This document shows, in pieces, positions 41,204-54,175 of a stretch of DNA of 64,000 nucleotides (positions are counted from its first letter, which is position 1; each line of letters starts with the position of its first letter). The position numbers and the translations under genes were made by a program. The stretch is from Mobula hypostoma (taxonomy: Eukaryota): NCBI RefSeq assembly GCF_963921235.1, contig NC_086097.1, positions 131,442,001 through 131,506,000 of the forward strand, written 5' to 3'. Below the pieces are notes generated by a model. The model was not told where the DNA came from, did not search any database, and saw only the letters and a list, made by a program, of their open reading frames with translations.

Positions 41204-42704
41204 CAGGTGTCCCCCACTTATTTAACGTTCGCTTTACGAAACCTCACTGTTATGAAAGACCTACATTAGTACTCTGTTTTCGCTTTCAGAAGGTGTTTTC
41301 ACTGTTACGAAGAAAAGCAATGCGCAATAAAAGGCAGTGCGCGCCCCGAGCAGCCGCTCTGCCCCGGATTCGGAACGGCATTGCTTAAACACGTTGCATT
41401 GAGCAGCCGTTAGCAAGATGAGTTCTAAAGTGTCGGAAAAGCCTGAAAGAATAAGGGTGTTACACTTAACGTAAAACTAGACATAATTAAGCATTTCGAT
41501 CGTGGTGAACGAAGCAAGGACAAAGTGAAATTGGCTTGTGGAAGTTGACGAAGCTGATGTTGAAGAGGTTTTGGCATCCCATGTCCAAGAACTGATAGAT
41601 GAAGAGCTGATGCAATTGAAAGAGGAAAGGATAACAATCGAAACTGAATGCAGAAAGTGAAGCAACTGCGTGAGATTTTCACTGCAATGATAAAGTACGA
41701 CTTTAATTTTGAAAGGGTATGTAGGTTTAGGGGATATTTGCAGGATGGTTTGAGTGCTTACAAACAACTGTATGATAGAAAAATGCGCGAGGCTCAGCAG
41801 TCAAGCAAGCCTTCCACATCAGCCACAGCAGATGATGAACCTTGACCTTCAACATCGAGGGGGGCAGTCATAGGAGAAGATGAGCTGCCTGCCCTGATCG
41901 ACGATGAGATGACACCCCCATGTCCCACCACCCCAACACCTGGGCCCCGGACAGATACTGTACCGATTCGCAAAGAACGCAGCGGTAGCCGGGACACACA
42001 CAGCACATCTTTAAGAAAAAAGCCGAAATAAACATGCTAATTAATTACGTGTCGGGCAGCACCTAATTAATTAGCTTGTTTATTTCTGCTTTTTTCTTAA
42101 AGATGTGCTGGGTGCCTCCTGGCTAGCCCTGCATGCTTCGCGGCAATGTATCGGGTCGGCGGCCCGGAGGGTGGGGGCCACTGCACCACCCAGCCTGCGA
42201 CGACTCAGTCTAACACACCATTGTCAGTGTGCTCGGCGCTATTTTCTCAATTCCGGTAAGTGATACTACACTGTACATACATTATTTCTACTTTATATTG
42301 GCTGTGTATTTTTATGTGTTATTTGGTAGATTTGGGAGCTTCATAGTTTAAAGGTTACTGGAGAGCACGTTTATTGCAACAGCGCTCGCATGAGATTTTC
42401 TGCTGACAGCACTTGCGTGAGATTTTTGCTACGGAGATCTGTGCAGGCAATCGTTGTAGAGAAGTATTTCTACTTTATATAGGCTGTGTATTTATTATAT
42501 AATTCCTGCTTTTACTATATGTTACTGTTATTTTAGGTTTTATGTGTTATTTGGCATGATTTGATAGGTTATTTTTGGGTCTGCGAATGCTCACAAAATT
42601 TTCCCATATAAATAAATGGTATATTTGCTTCTTCGCTTTACGACATTCCGGCTTACGAACCGTTTCATAGGAACACTCTATCTTCGGATGGCAGGGGAAA
42701 CCTG
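41204..42704 (+). mobile_element. Tigger/pogo-family non-autonomous DNA transposon (internal deletion derivative)
   Basis: TA|CAGGTGTCCCC ... GGGGAAACCTG|TA termini; N-terminal HTH remnant KGVTLNVKLDIIKHFDRGERSKD joined to C-terminal EVDEADVEEVLASHVQELIDEELMQL; DDE domain absent. Confidence 0.88.
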
Positions 42705-42774
42705 TATTACATCCTTAATTACTGATCACTTCACGCTAAGAGGGGATTCAACCTGCCAGGTCCATGGAGAGTAA

Positions 42775-43155
42775 TTCAGACTGACTCAGAGTCAGACTGT
42801 GGTTGGGGTGCTTCCAGGATGCTGTATCTGCAAGTTTGCAGTGCTGGAAGCTCATGGCAGGGAGAGTTTCTCCCTTCAACTGTCTGCGTAAGATGATGGG
42901 ACTTTTGAAAGACTTTGAGGCTTATTTTTTACCGTGCCCATGGTTTGTTCTTCATCAAATTACGGTATTGCTTTGCACTGTTGTAACTGTATGTTATAAT
43001 TATGTGGTTTTTGTCAGTTTTTTTTTAGTCTTGGTTTGTCTTGTGTTTCTGTCATGTCATTCTGGAGGAAGAAATTGTATCATTTCTTAATGTATGCATT
43101 ACTAAATGACAATAATAGAGGACTGCATGTCCTCATAACCTTAATCTTAATCTTA
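42775..43155 (+). mobile_element. 5'-truncated copy of the non-coding retroposon at 54176-54863
   Basis: Aligns by eye to the reverse complement of ~54176-54545; (aatctt)n tail. Confidence 0.8.
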
Positions 43156-43269
43156 TCAGTCTCATTTCTTGTACCTTACACCTTGCAACTTATTCTCTTT
43201 TCCTCTTCCCCTTTGGCTCTTTTACCAACTACCTACTGTACACAAGAGAAATGTCAAAGCAACTACCAG

Positions 43270-46200
43270 AACTGGAAGGCTGAGGAGTTGGTGCAGGGAG
43301 CAGGGTTTTAGATTTATGGATCATTGGGATCTCTTCTGGGGAAGGTGGGACCTGTACAGATTGGATGGGTTGCACCTGAACTTGAGGGGGAGCAATATCC
43401 TTGCAGGTTGGTTTGCTAGCGTGGTTAGGAAGGGTTTAAACTAATTTGTAAGGGGGATGGGACCTGGATGATGGAGCAGTGGAAGAAGTGCATGGAGTAA
43501 AGCCAGGTCTAACATATAAAGAGGCTTTGAGGAAAGAGAAGCAGAATAAAGGGTGTAAAGGTAGTAAGGTAGAAGGGCTAAAATGCGTGTACTTCAATGC
43601 AAGAAGCATCAGGAAGAAAGGTGATGAACTGAGAGCTTGGATACATACATGGAATTATGATGTAGTGGCCATTACAGAGACTTGGCTGGCACCAGGGCAG
43701 GAATGGATTCTCAATATTCCTGGATTTCAGTGCTTTAAAAAGGATGGGGTGGGGAAGGGGAGGAGGGGTGGCATTACTGGTCAGGGATACAATTACAGCT
43801 ACAGAAAGGGTGGGTAATGTAGGAGGATCCTCTTTTGAGTCAGTATGGATGGAAGTCAGGAACAGGAAGGGAGCAGTTATTTTATTGGGAATATTCTATA
43901 GGCCCCTTGGTAGCAGCAGAGATACTGAGGAGCAGATTGGGAGGCAGATTTTAGAAAGCTGCAAAAATAACAGTGTTGTTATCATGGGTGACTTTAACTT
44001 CCCTAATATTGATTGGCACCTGATTAGTTCCAATGGTTTAGACAGGGCAGAGTTTGTTAAGTGTGTCCAGGACGGATTCCTGTCACAGTATGGCCGATTA
44101 GGGGGAATGCCATACCAGATCTAATATTCGATAACGAACCGGGTCAGGTCACAGATCTCTCAGTGGGTGAGCATCTGGGGGACAGTGACCACTGCTCCCT
44201 GGCCTTTAGCATTATCATGGAAAAGGATAGAATCAGAGAGGACAGGAAAATTTTTAATTGGGGAAGGGCAAATTATGAGGCTATAAGGCTAGAACTTGCG
44301 GGTTTGAATTGGGATGATGTTTTTGCAGGGAAATGTACTATGGACATGTGGTCGATGTTTAGGGATCTCCTGCAGGATGTTAGGGATAAATTTGTCCCGG
44401 TGAGGAAGGTAAAGAATGGTAGGGTAAAGGAACTATGGGTGACAAGTGAGGTGGAAAATCTAGTCTGGTGGAAGAAGGCAGCATACATGAGGTTTAGGAA
44501 GTAAGGATCAGATGGGTCTATTGAGGAGTATAGGGTAGCAAGAAAGGAGCTTATGAATGGGCTGAGGAGAGCAAGAAGGGGGCATGAGAAGGTCTTGGCG
44601 AGTAGGGCAAAGGAAAACCCCAAGGCATTCTTCAATTATGTGAAGAAAAATATGATGACAGGAGTGAAGGTAGGACCGATTAGAGATAAAGGTGGGAAGA
44701 TGTGCCTGGAGGCTGTGGAAGTGAGCGAGGTCCTCAATGAATACTTCCCTTCGCTATTCACCAATGAGAGGGAACTTGATAACGGTGAGGACATTATGAG
44801 TGAGGATGATGTTCTGGAGCATGTTGACATTAAGGGAGAGGAAGTGTTGGAGTTGTTAAAATACATTAGGACAGCTACGTCCCCGGGGCCTGATGGATTA
44901 TTCCCCAGGCTGCTCCATGAGGTGAGGGAAGAGATTGCTGAGCCTCTGGCTAGGATCTTTATGTCCTCGTTGTCCATGGGAATGATACTGCAGGATTGGA
45001 GGGAGGCGAATGTTGTCCCCTTGTTCAAAAAAGGTAGTTGGGATAGTCTGGGTAATTATAAACCAGTGAGCCTTATGTCTGTGGTGGGAAAGCTGTTGGA
45101 AAAGATACTTAGAGAAAACATCTATGGGCATTTAGAGAATCGTGGTCTGGTCAGGGACAGTCAGCATGGCTTTGTGAAGAGCAGATCGAGTCTAACAAGC
45201 CTGATAGAGTTCTTTGAGGAAGTGACCAGGCATATAGATGAGGGTAGTGCAGTGGATGTGATCTACATGGATTTTAGTAAGGCATTTGACAAGGTTCCAC
45301 ACGGTTGGCTGATTCAGAAAGTCAAAAGGCATGGGATGCAGGGAAGTTTGGCCAGGTGGATTCAGAATTGGCTTGCCTGCAGAAAGTAGAGGGTCATGGT
45401 GGAGGGAGTATATTTGGATTGGAGGGTTGTGACTAGTGGTGTCCCACAAGGATCGGTTCTGGGACCTCTACTTTTCGTGATTTTTATTAACGACCTGGAT
45501 GTGGGGGTAGAAGGGTGGGTTGGCAAGTTTGCAGACGACACAAGGGTTGGTGGTGTTGTAGATAGCGTAGAGGAATGTCGAAGATTGCAGAGAGACATTG
45601 ATAGGATGCAGAAGAGGGATGAGAAGTGGCAGATGGCGTTCAACCCAGAGAAGTGTGAGGTGGTACATTTTGGAAGGACAAACTTCAAGGCAGAGTACAA
45701 AGTAAATGGCAAGATACTTGGTAGAGTGGAGGAGCAGAGAGATCTGGGGGTATATGTCCACAGATCCCTGAAAGTTGCCTCACAGGTAGATAGGGTATTT
45801 AAGAAAGCTGATGGGGTGTTAGCTTTCATAAGTCAAGGGATAGAATTTAAGAGGCGTGAGGTAATGATGCAACTCTATAATAAACTCTGGTTAGGCCACA
45901 CTTGGAGTTCTGTGTCCAGTTCTGGTCGTCTCACTATAGGAAGGATGTGGAAGCATTGGAAAGGGTACTTTATACTTCATACGTTATACTTCATACTTTA
46001 TTGTCGCCAAACAATTGGTACTAGAATGTACAATCATCACAGCGATATTTGATTCTGCACTTCACACTCCCTGGATTACAAATATTAAATATTATAAATA
46101 TTAAAAATAGTTAAAATTAGTATATATTAAAGATTTAAATTATAAATCATAAATAGAAAATAGAAAAATGGAAAGTGAGGTAGTGCAAAAAAACTGAGAG

Positions 46201-47376
46201 GCAGGTCCGGATATTTGGAGGGTACGGCCCAGATCCGGGTCAGGATCCGTTCAGCAGTCTTATCACAGTTGGAAAGAAGCTGTTCCCAAATCTGGCCATA
46301 CGAGTCTTCAAGCTCCTGAACCTTCTCCCGGAGGGAAGAGGGACGAAAAGTGTGCTGGCTGGGTGGGTCATGTCCTTGATTATCCTGGCAGCACTGCTCT
46401 GACAGCGTGCGGTGTAAAGTGAGTCCACGGATGGAAGATTGGTTTGTGTGATGTGCTGTGCCGTGTTCATGATCTTCTGCAGCTTCTTTTGGTCTTGGAC
46501 AGGACAACTTCCATACCAGCTTGTGATGCACCCTAGAAGAATGCTTTCTACTGTGCATCTATAAAAATTAGTGAGGGTTTTAGGGGACAGGCCAAATTTC
46601 TTTAGCTTTCTCAGGGAGTAAAGGCGCTGGTGGGCCTTCTTGGCAGTGAACTCTGCTTGTTTGGACTAAGTCAGGTCATTTGTGATATTGACCCCGAGGA
46701 ACTTAAAGTTTTTGACCTGTTCCACTTACGCACCACCAATGTAAATTGGGTCGTGCGGTCCGCTACTCCTTCTGAAGTCAACAACCAATTTCTTCGTCTT
46801 GCTGACATTGAGGGATAGGTTATGGCACCATGCCACCAGGTTCTTAATTTCCTCTCTGTACTCAAACTCATCATTACCTGAGATACGGCCTGCAATTGTT
46901 GTTTCATCAGCAAACTTATATATTGAGTTTGATGCAAACTTGGCTACACAATCATGGGTGTACAGTGGGTACAGGCGGGGGGGGGGTGAGTACACAGTCT
47001 TGTGGGGCACCGGTGCTCAGAGTGATTGTAGAGGAGAGCTTGTCCCCTAGTTTTACAGCCTGGGTCCTGTCTGTGAGGAAGTTGAAGATCCAGCTGCAGA
47101 TCTGAGTGCTAAGGCGCAGGTTCTGGAGCTTAGGAATCAGTTTATTTGGAATGATGGTATTAAAGGCAGAGATGTAGTCAATGAAAAGGAGCCTTATGTA
47201 TGCATCTTTATTCTCCAGGAGATTTACCAGGATGCTGCCAGGTTTAGAGAGTATGCATTATGATCAGAGATTAAGGGAGCTAGAGCTTTACTGTTTGGAG
47301 AGAAGGAGGATGAGAGGAGACATAATAGAGGTATACAAGATATTACGGGGGATAGATAGAGTGGACAGCCAGTGCC
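43270..47376 (+). mobile_element. CR1 LINE (ORF1 esterase C-terminus + most of ORF2), moderately decayed, interrupted by Rex1
   Basis: DGLHLN esterase motif; [60 protein letters not shown]; resumes RRFTRMLPG after 47217. Confidence 0.95.
45969..47216 (-). mobile_element. Rex1/Babar LINE 3' ~1.25 kb nested antisense in CR1
   Basis: [13 protein letters not shown]...[10 protein letters not shown]...KFADETTIAG...LSLNVSKTK...PLPSGRRFRS; (AAGTATA)n tail; host GGGTAC|AGGAGATTTACC rejoins. Confidence 0.92.
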
Positions 47377-49185
47377 CATCTGACAATAAAGTTGCCGTTG
47401 AGTTTAACTACTCCTACTCTTATTTCATTGTGTTAAGGCTGTATTATTGTCAGTTCAAGATGAAAACAGGACTCCACTATTTCTCCTGAGACGATGCTGC
47501 TTTAAATGCAATTTCATTTCAAGTTATTTGTTTTGGACTTTTATTTAGCTTTCCCTCAAGGTTGAAGCTGAAACTTTGGCTGGGATCACTTATCTGACGA
47601 AGGTGAGCTATTTACCAGACTAACTCCCCCCACCCCCAGCACTTCTCTAAGACACATACCTCTCGAACCCTAGCACCTTTCAAGTGTCCGTCTCAGTGTG
47701 AATGTCAGATAAACTTTTGATTCAGATTCTGTGAAGTGCTGGCCTACTCTGGGGATAAAAGCATGATTAATTGAATTAGCCATTGGTATCCAACAGAAAC
47801 AATTATGTGCAACATTTTAGAATTGTTTGATCACTAGGAGGTCTTCATTTTATAGGCAGCAGAAATTAAAATAATTTCTCCATACAAGTAATTTTTTTCT
47901 CCAACTGTGATATTCATCTCTTTTCCATTTATGCAAGCATTTAACAAAAGGAAGAAAGGAGAACTATTGGTTAAAAAAATATCAAGCTGGTGTAAAATGC
48001 ATTCAGTAAAATATACAAATGACTGACAGCATAGAAACAAAAGATAAATCTCATTAACAACAAAAAGAACTATAAACCCCTTTCAAATAAGAATCCCTTT
48101 GTTCTTTGGGCAACATACTTTCATCCATGCTATTTTCTTTGCAATATTCGGAGTCCTTTCAAAGACCGTGATATGGAGTTTGCTTATTTGTTTTCATTTT
48201 ATTGGACGGTAGAATGCGACTGCAAACAAATGCATCAAAGAAGACTGGACCAACAGATTCTTGGAACCCAATTATGCTAACTCCCTGGTGAGACCATTTG
48301 CCCAGGGCAAATTGGTTCAACTAAATGTGGCCTCTTGGTTTGCACTTTAAAACTCTGGTGATGCTGTGTTTGTTACTGGGTGTTCAGACAATTGATCCTT
48401 TGCGTTCCATGCACTGAGTACAAGAAGGGGATTTTGAAAATGTAAACATTTTATGTCCTTTTTAACATAATGAGCACTCAAGACTTTTCATAACAATTTC
48501 CATATAATGGCATCTTTAACAAGTGTGAGTGCCCAAAGACGCTCTTCATCTCATGTACTTGATATTTATTGTTTGTTTATTATTTAATTTATTATTATTA
48601 TTATTATTATTTTCTTCTGTACATTGGTTGTTTGTCCATTCTGCTAAGTGCGGCCTTTCAATGATTCTTTGATTTACTGAGTATGTCTACAAGGAAATGA
48701 ATCTCAGGGTTGTATATGGTGACATATATGTATGTTGATAATAAATTTACTTTGAATTTTGAGAGGATAACCCGAATTTATCCAACCATTCCTTAAAGCT
48801 GGTACCCTCTAATCCAGGCAGTATTCTGATAAGTCTCTCCTGCACTCTTTCCAAAGCCTCCATAACCTTGTTGTAGAAGAGCGATCAGAATTGTACCCAA
48901 AATAATGTATGTGGCATGACAATAGTGCTAAATGAAATGGAGTCAGGACAAGTGTGGCAACTCAAAAGTGAACATCCACGAGGTGCTATGGATTATCAGC
49001 AACTATAGAAAAAGTAGTTTATATTCTCATAGCCTTGCACGTCCTTAGGAGTAACATTACGAATCATCAGGTGCAAAGCAGGTGAGGGCGATACAGGCCT
49101 ATGTGCTATGCTAAACAGCAAATGCAGCATACAATGGACAGGGTTAATGGGAGTGATCCCAAACTAGCAGATCAGATCAAAGTTC

Positions 49186-50179
49186 AAAGCAACACTTTCA
49201 GTACGCTGGATGAACTCAGCAGGTCGGGCAGCATCAGTCAGAAACGATGAGTCGACGTTTCGGGCAGGAACCCTTCGTCAGGACTGAAGAATGAAAGATG
49301 GGGAAGGATTTGAAGAATGCTTGTACCGTCAGTTGAAAGACCAGTAATTTGAAAGACAAAGGGGTGGGAGAGGGGAAGCATTGACCTCATAGCCCTGAAA
49401 ACAATGGGTAGTAGAAGAAGGAGGCGGAACCATGAGGGAGCTGGGGGAGGGGGAAGAGTGAAATAGGGATAGAGGAAGGGAGGGGGAGGGAATTACCAGA
49501 AGTTGGAGAATTCTATGTTCATACTAAGGGGCTGGAAACTACCTAGACGGCATATGAGGTGTTGCTCCTCCAATCTGAGTTTAGCCTCATCATGGCAGTA
49601 GAGGAGGCCATGTATGGACATATCTGAATGGGAATGGGAAGCAGAGTTGAAGCGGGTGGCTACCAGGAGATCCTGTCTGTTGTGACGGACAGAGTGGAGG
49701 TGCTCGACGAAGCGGTCCCCCAATCTGCGTCGGGTTTCATCGATGTAGAGAAGGTCGCACTGGGAGCATCGGATGCAATAGATGACCCCAACAGACTCAC
49801 AAGTGAAGTGTTGTCTCACTTGGAAGGACTGTTTGGGGCCCTGAATGGTGGCAAGAGATGAGGTGTAGGGGCAGGTGTAGCACTTACACTTACAGGGATA
49901 AGTGCCGGGTGGGAGATCAGTGGGGATGGAAGTGTGGATAAGGGAGTCGCGGAGGGACCGATCCCTGCGGAAAGCGGAGAGGGGTGGAGAGAGAAAGATG
50001 TGCTTAGTGGTGGGGTCCTGTTGAAGGTGGCGGAAGTTGTGGAGGATAATATGCTGGATCCGGAGGCTGGTGGGGTGGTAGGTAAGGACAAGGGGAACTC
50101 TGTCCCTGTTGTGGTTGCGGGAGGATGGAGTGAGGGCCGAAGTGTGGGAAATGGAGGAGATGCGGGTGAGGGCATCATT
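49186..50179 (-). mobile_element. Young 5'-truncated Neptune-type Penelope element (open GIY-YIG endonuclease frame + pseudo-LTR)
   Basis: PLVLTYHP...GTYPCKCKCYTCPY linker...FTCESVGVIYCIRCSQCDLLYIDET...RFVEH...MNIEF; 11-bp TSD GATCAAAGTTC (49175-49185 and 50180-50190). Confidence 0.95.
49250..49285 (-). ncRNA. Minimal type I hammerhead ribozyme in Penelope pseudo-LTR
   Basis: Minus strand AGUC-CUGACGA-AGGG-UUCCUG-CCC-GAAAC-GUC-GACU: intact core, stem I AGUC/GACU, stem II GGG/CCC, loopless palindromic stem III (ACGU). Confidence 0.8.
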
Positions 50180-51529
50180 GATCAAAGTTCTGCAGTCTAT
50201 CATAACTAATGGGAGGAGGAGGCTCCTAAAATATTCCTAACTATTTCAAGATTACACAAGATAGGACTACAAATTCTCCCAGCACTTATTTTTCTGATGG
50301 CATTATTCTAGGGCACCAATTGTGGATTATAATAATTTCAGAAGAAAAATATGGTATAATTTTGGTTATCAGTCAATGAACTTAAAGCTCTCTGGACAGT
50401 TATTCATATGCTTGCCTTTTGAGAATTGGGCAAGCCAGTGGCAAATTTAAAATAGATTTAGACAGGTAGATTGATAGGGTAGATACAGAGGTCTTGGGCC
50501 TAGGAAAGACAAGTGGGACTAGCTCAGTTAGGTTTCTTGGTTGGCATGGATGATTTGGATTGAAGGGCCATTTTTCGTGCAATGGAACTCTATCACTTTG
50601 TGGCTCTACACTATCTCTAGTTAGAGTATGGGTTATCAATACCTGCTTCTAAAGCTCCATAACAGCCAATGTTAGGCCAACCCTAGATCAACATCCCTCT
50701 GATTTTCTGCCACTTTCATACAAGAAGGACTTTAATGTCACGTCCTAGTGATTCATGGCTCTGATCAGTTATGTTGGTAAGGAATATGTTTATAAATTCC
50801 AAAGCAGACATGGAATTGCAAGAAAAGGCATGCAAGCGTTTGGAATTTTTGATGTTTTCACATATACAGAATAATATTTTCCAGACGAGATGTTTGACAT
50901 GACATTGTAATTTAAAGTTGCACATACACATTGCACATAAAAGAAATAAGCACAGAGTGGGCCATGGTGTTTTTCATGCCTGTCCCACCACTGAACAAGA
51001 CAATAGCTAATGGAATTGCATGTATTACTTCTCACAGAATGTCCTTTAACTTATTTGCTAAAACCAGTTCATTCTTTCATAATGATTAGAAAGAGCAAAT
51101 CTATTATGGGCAACCAATTAAGATACCACTAATTGTTTAGCACAATTGGAAGATAAAAACCAACTCTTTTATTTATGATCAAACTAGAAGGATGGTACCA
51201 TATTTCAGTCAATATTCTGTAACGCCAATTTGAATTTGCAGAATGGTTGTTCTCTTTTTATGTTGGTCAAGTGCTTTAAGCAAAGATTTGATTGATTTTT
51301 TCACACTCTATCTAATTAGATTTGGCAATGTAAATCATAAAGCTCACTTGACCTAGATGCAATATGCAATAGGCTGTCAGCTACCTGTGACTCCTCAGTA
51401 AAGGTCCTTAAATTGGGTGGATGTGCTATCTTTTAGTAGGAAATAAAAGATGCGGGGGGGGGGGGTAGAATCAGCAAGTTCTCAGAATTCCTAAGATTCA
51501 GATGCACTTAACATTACCAAGTAATATTT

Positions 51530-52478
51530 TTAAAATTTCAAAATATACTTTATTCAAAAATAAAATTACATACAATAAACCATTCAATGACTCTCAATCC
51601 TTTACATATGTTTCCCGTATGGTCTCTACATATCCGTACTTTTGGCCACCCGCGTGGCAATCCATTGGTTCACCTTCTCCCACCATTGTTGAGGGGTATA
51701 CTCCCCGCCACCGACCTGCAGGAGAAGAACCTAAACTGTGGTCCTTCCCCACCGGGCCCTTGCGGTGGCTGCACCAAGTTTCAGTGCGTCCCTCAGCACG
51801 TACTTCTGCAGCCGAGAATGTGCCAGTCGGCAGCATTCTCCCACAGACATCTCCATGTGCTGGAAGATCATCAAGTTTCGGGCCGACCAAAGAGCGTCTT
51901 TCACCGAGTTGATGATCTGCCAGCAGCACCGGATGTTGGTCTCCGTGTGCGTCCCTGGGAACAGCCTGTAGATCAGAGAGTCCTCTGTTACGCAGCTGCT
52001 GGGGATGAAACGTGACACTAGTCCATCCATCCTCCTCCACACTTTCTCTGCGAACTCACAGTATGCAAAGAGGTGGGTCACAGACTCCTCCTCACTGCAG
52101 TCCTCCCGTGGGCAGTGGGGTGCGGAGACGACGTTCCAGGCGTACAGGAGGGATCTGACGGGGACGGTCCCTCTTACTGCCAGCCAGGTGAGGTCCTGGT
52201 GCCTGTTGGTGAGGTCTGGCGATGAGGCATTTTGCCTGATGAACTGGACGGTCTGCTCAGGGAACCACCCCACTGTGTCCATCACGTCCTTCTCCTGCAG
52301 TGCCTGCAGGACATTACGTGCCGACCACTGCCTGATGGCCCTGTGGTCAAAGGCGTTCTCCTGGAAGAACTTTTCTATGAAGGACGGGTGTGGCGGCAAC
52401 GACCAGCTGACTGGGGCGTTGCGCGGGAGTGGGGCCAGACCCATCCTTGGTAGCCAGGGCGACAGGTAGAACCTGGGC
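51530..52478 (-). mobile_element. L1/Tx1-clade LINE 3' fragment (zf-RVT C-terminus + 3' UTR)
   Basis: Uninterrupted ORF 51731-52480 with CPREDCSEEESVTHLFAYC (CCHC) and ALWSARNL; AATAAA on minus near 51550; markedly GC-richer than flanks. Confidence 0.85.
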
Positions 52479-52539
52479 ATTCAATAAAAAAAAACTGATG
52501 GCAGGCCTCTGAATGAAGTATTGTGTCAAATATCCCAAA

Positions 52540-52670
52540 GAGGAAGGTTTCACAGGGCATCTTAAAGTAGGGGGAGAAAGTTGATAGGTTTAGGGAGGGA
52601 ATTCCAGGTTACTGGAAGGAGCTGCAGCCTGGCAGCTGATTGGAATGACCATAACCAGATCAGATTCAGA
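52540..52670 (-). mobile_element. Old L2-like LINE 3' end (similar relics near 5950-6250, 11070-11250, 14400-14630, 27370-27750)
   Basis: Minus strand ...tcagctgccagg...tggaattccctccctaaacct...tttaaga typical of L2 ORF end. Confidence 0.5.
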
Positions 52671-53429
52671 CTGATTGTGATTGGGTTTAATTTTATACGC
52701 AAATAGACTCGAATACACGAGGGATCCAGCAGCCAATGAGCTGAGGAGGAGGTAGTGTGCGGAATGTTCAATTAACATACTTTGTTACTGTTTGTGAACT
52801 GAGTGGCTTCTGGGCACAAGATGTGGTGAGCAGGGGTTCAATACAATTGATAGATGGCAATGTTACTGTTTCATATGATGTTGTATTTCGCTGAACAAGC
52901 ACTGATAAATTCTGTCGCATATTTGAAACACTAAATGAGGAGCACAGACACACTGTCAGGGAACTCACTTATTGACATGATGATCAATCCAGCAAACTAT
53001 TGAGATCTGTCAGCTTCAGTGAAAGCTGTAAATTTTACTTCACAGCACTGTCTTTCTTCCCTGGGCTGGAGACTTTCAAAGGGTGAACACAACTGATTTC
53101 TCTCACTTTGCCTCTTCTAATTAGATCTCTGGATGGTAAGTGCTGCTGTTGGACTGTCCCTGCAGACAGTGTTACCTCAGCCATTTTTGAGATTTCCCCA
53201 GATACCACATCTCCAGATCAAAAAGCAACAGGATTTCCATTTTCAACAGTGTGAGATTTCCAGTGTTAAATAAGGTTCGTAAAACAGGAACGTGGTATTG
53301 CTATGGTACAGAGAAAGGCCAACTGGCCCATTTAGTCTATGCGGGTAAATAGTGAAACAATTCTTCAATTCCATTCTACAGTTCACAAACTAGAGTAATT
53401 ACACCACATTTTCTATCTGGATATTATAT

Positions 53430-53965
53430 AACCTAATGACATGGGCATTGAATTCTCCAATTTCAGATAACTTGCTCCCTTTCCTCTCTCATCCTACGCC
53501 CACCCCAGCCCCCAAATCACCTTGTTCCTTCCCACACCTTTACCAACTCTATCTGCAGATCACCCACTAATTGCTCCCTTTGGGTCGCCTCTGCCACTGT
53601 TCTCATTTGTTCAGCCCATCACTCTTATCTCCACCTTCCTCTCCTATCAGATTCTATGTCTGGAGATTTTGTCCTCTCCACCTCTTACCTCCCACCTCCC
53701 AACCTCTGTTGCTATTTACACCTTGCTCTTTTCCATCTGCTTAGCAGCCCTGCTCACCCGGATCCACCTATCACTTGTCAGCATTAGCTTCACTGCCTCC
53801 TCTCCCTCTTTATGCTGCCTATCTCCCCTTTATTTTTAGTCTAGATGAAGAGTCTTTACCCAAAACATCAACTGTCTCTCTTCCTCCACTGGTGCTGCCT
53901 GACCTACTGAGTTCTGAACATTATGTTTGTTGCTCCAGCTTTTAGCATCTGAAGCCTCTTGTGTC
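53430..53965 (+). mobile_element. Old Penelope 3' end (MGIEFSNFR*, pyrimidine-rich UTR, pseudo-LTR)
   Basis: Same layout as 62985-63455, more diverged. Confidence 0.75.
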
Positions 53966-54175
53966 TATATTTCATTTCCCAAATATTTTTCCATAGTCCT
54001 GAAAATGATATTTTCAACACCGAAAATGGCAGATTATATTGGTGGATCTAGAACACATAAAGTGATCACATATGGTGAATTTACCTTTAGAAAACAATGA
54101 TTGGTTCAATTCTAAACACATACGTGCAGGAAATTCCAGATCTGAAACACTCTGTTAGTAATTAAGGTTATATCT

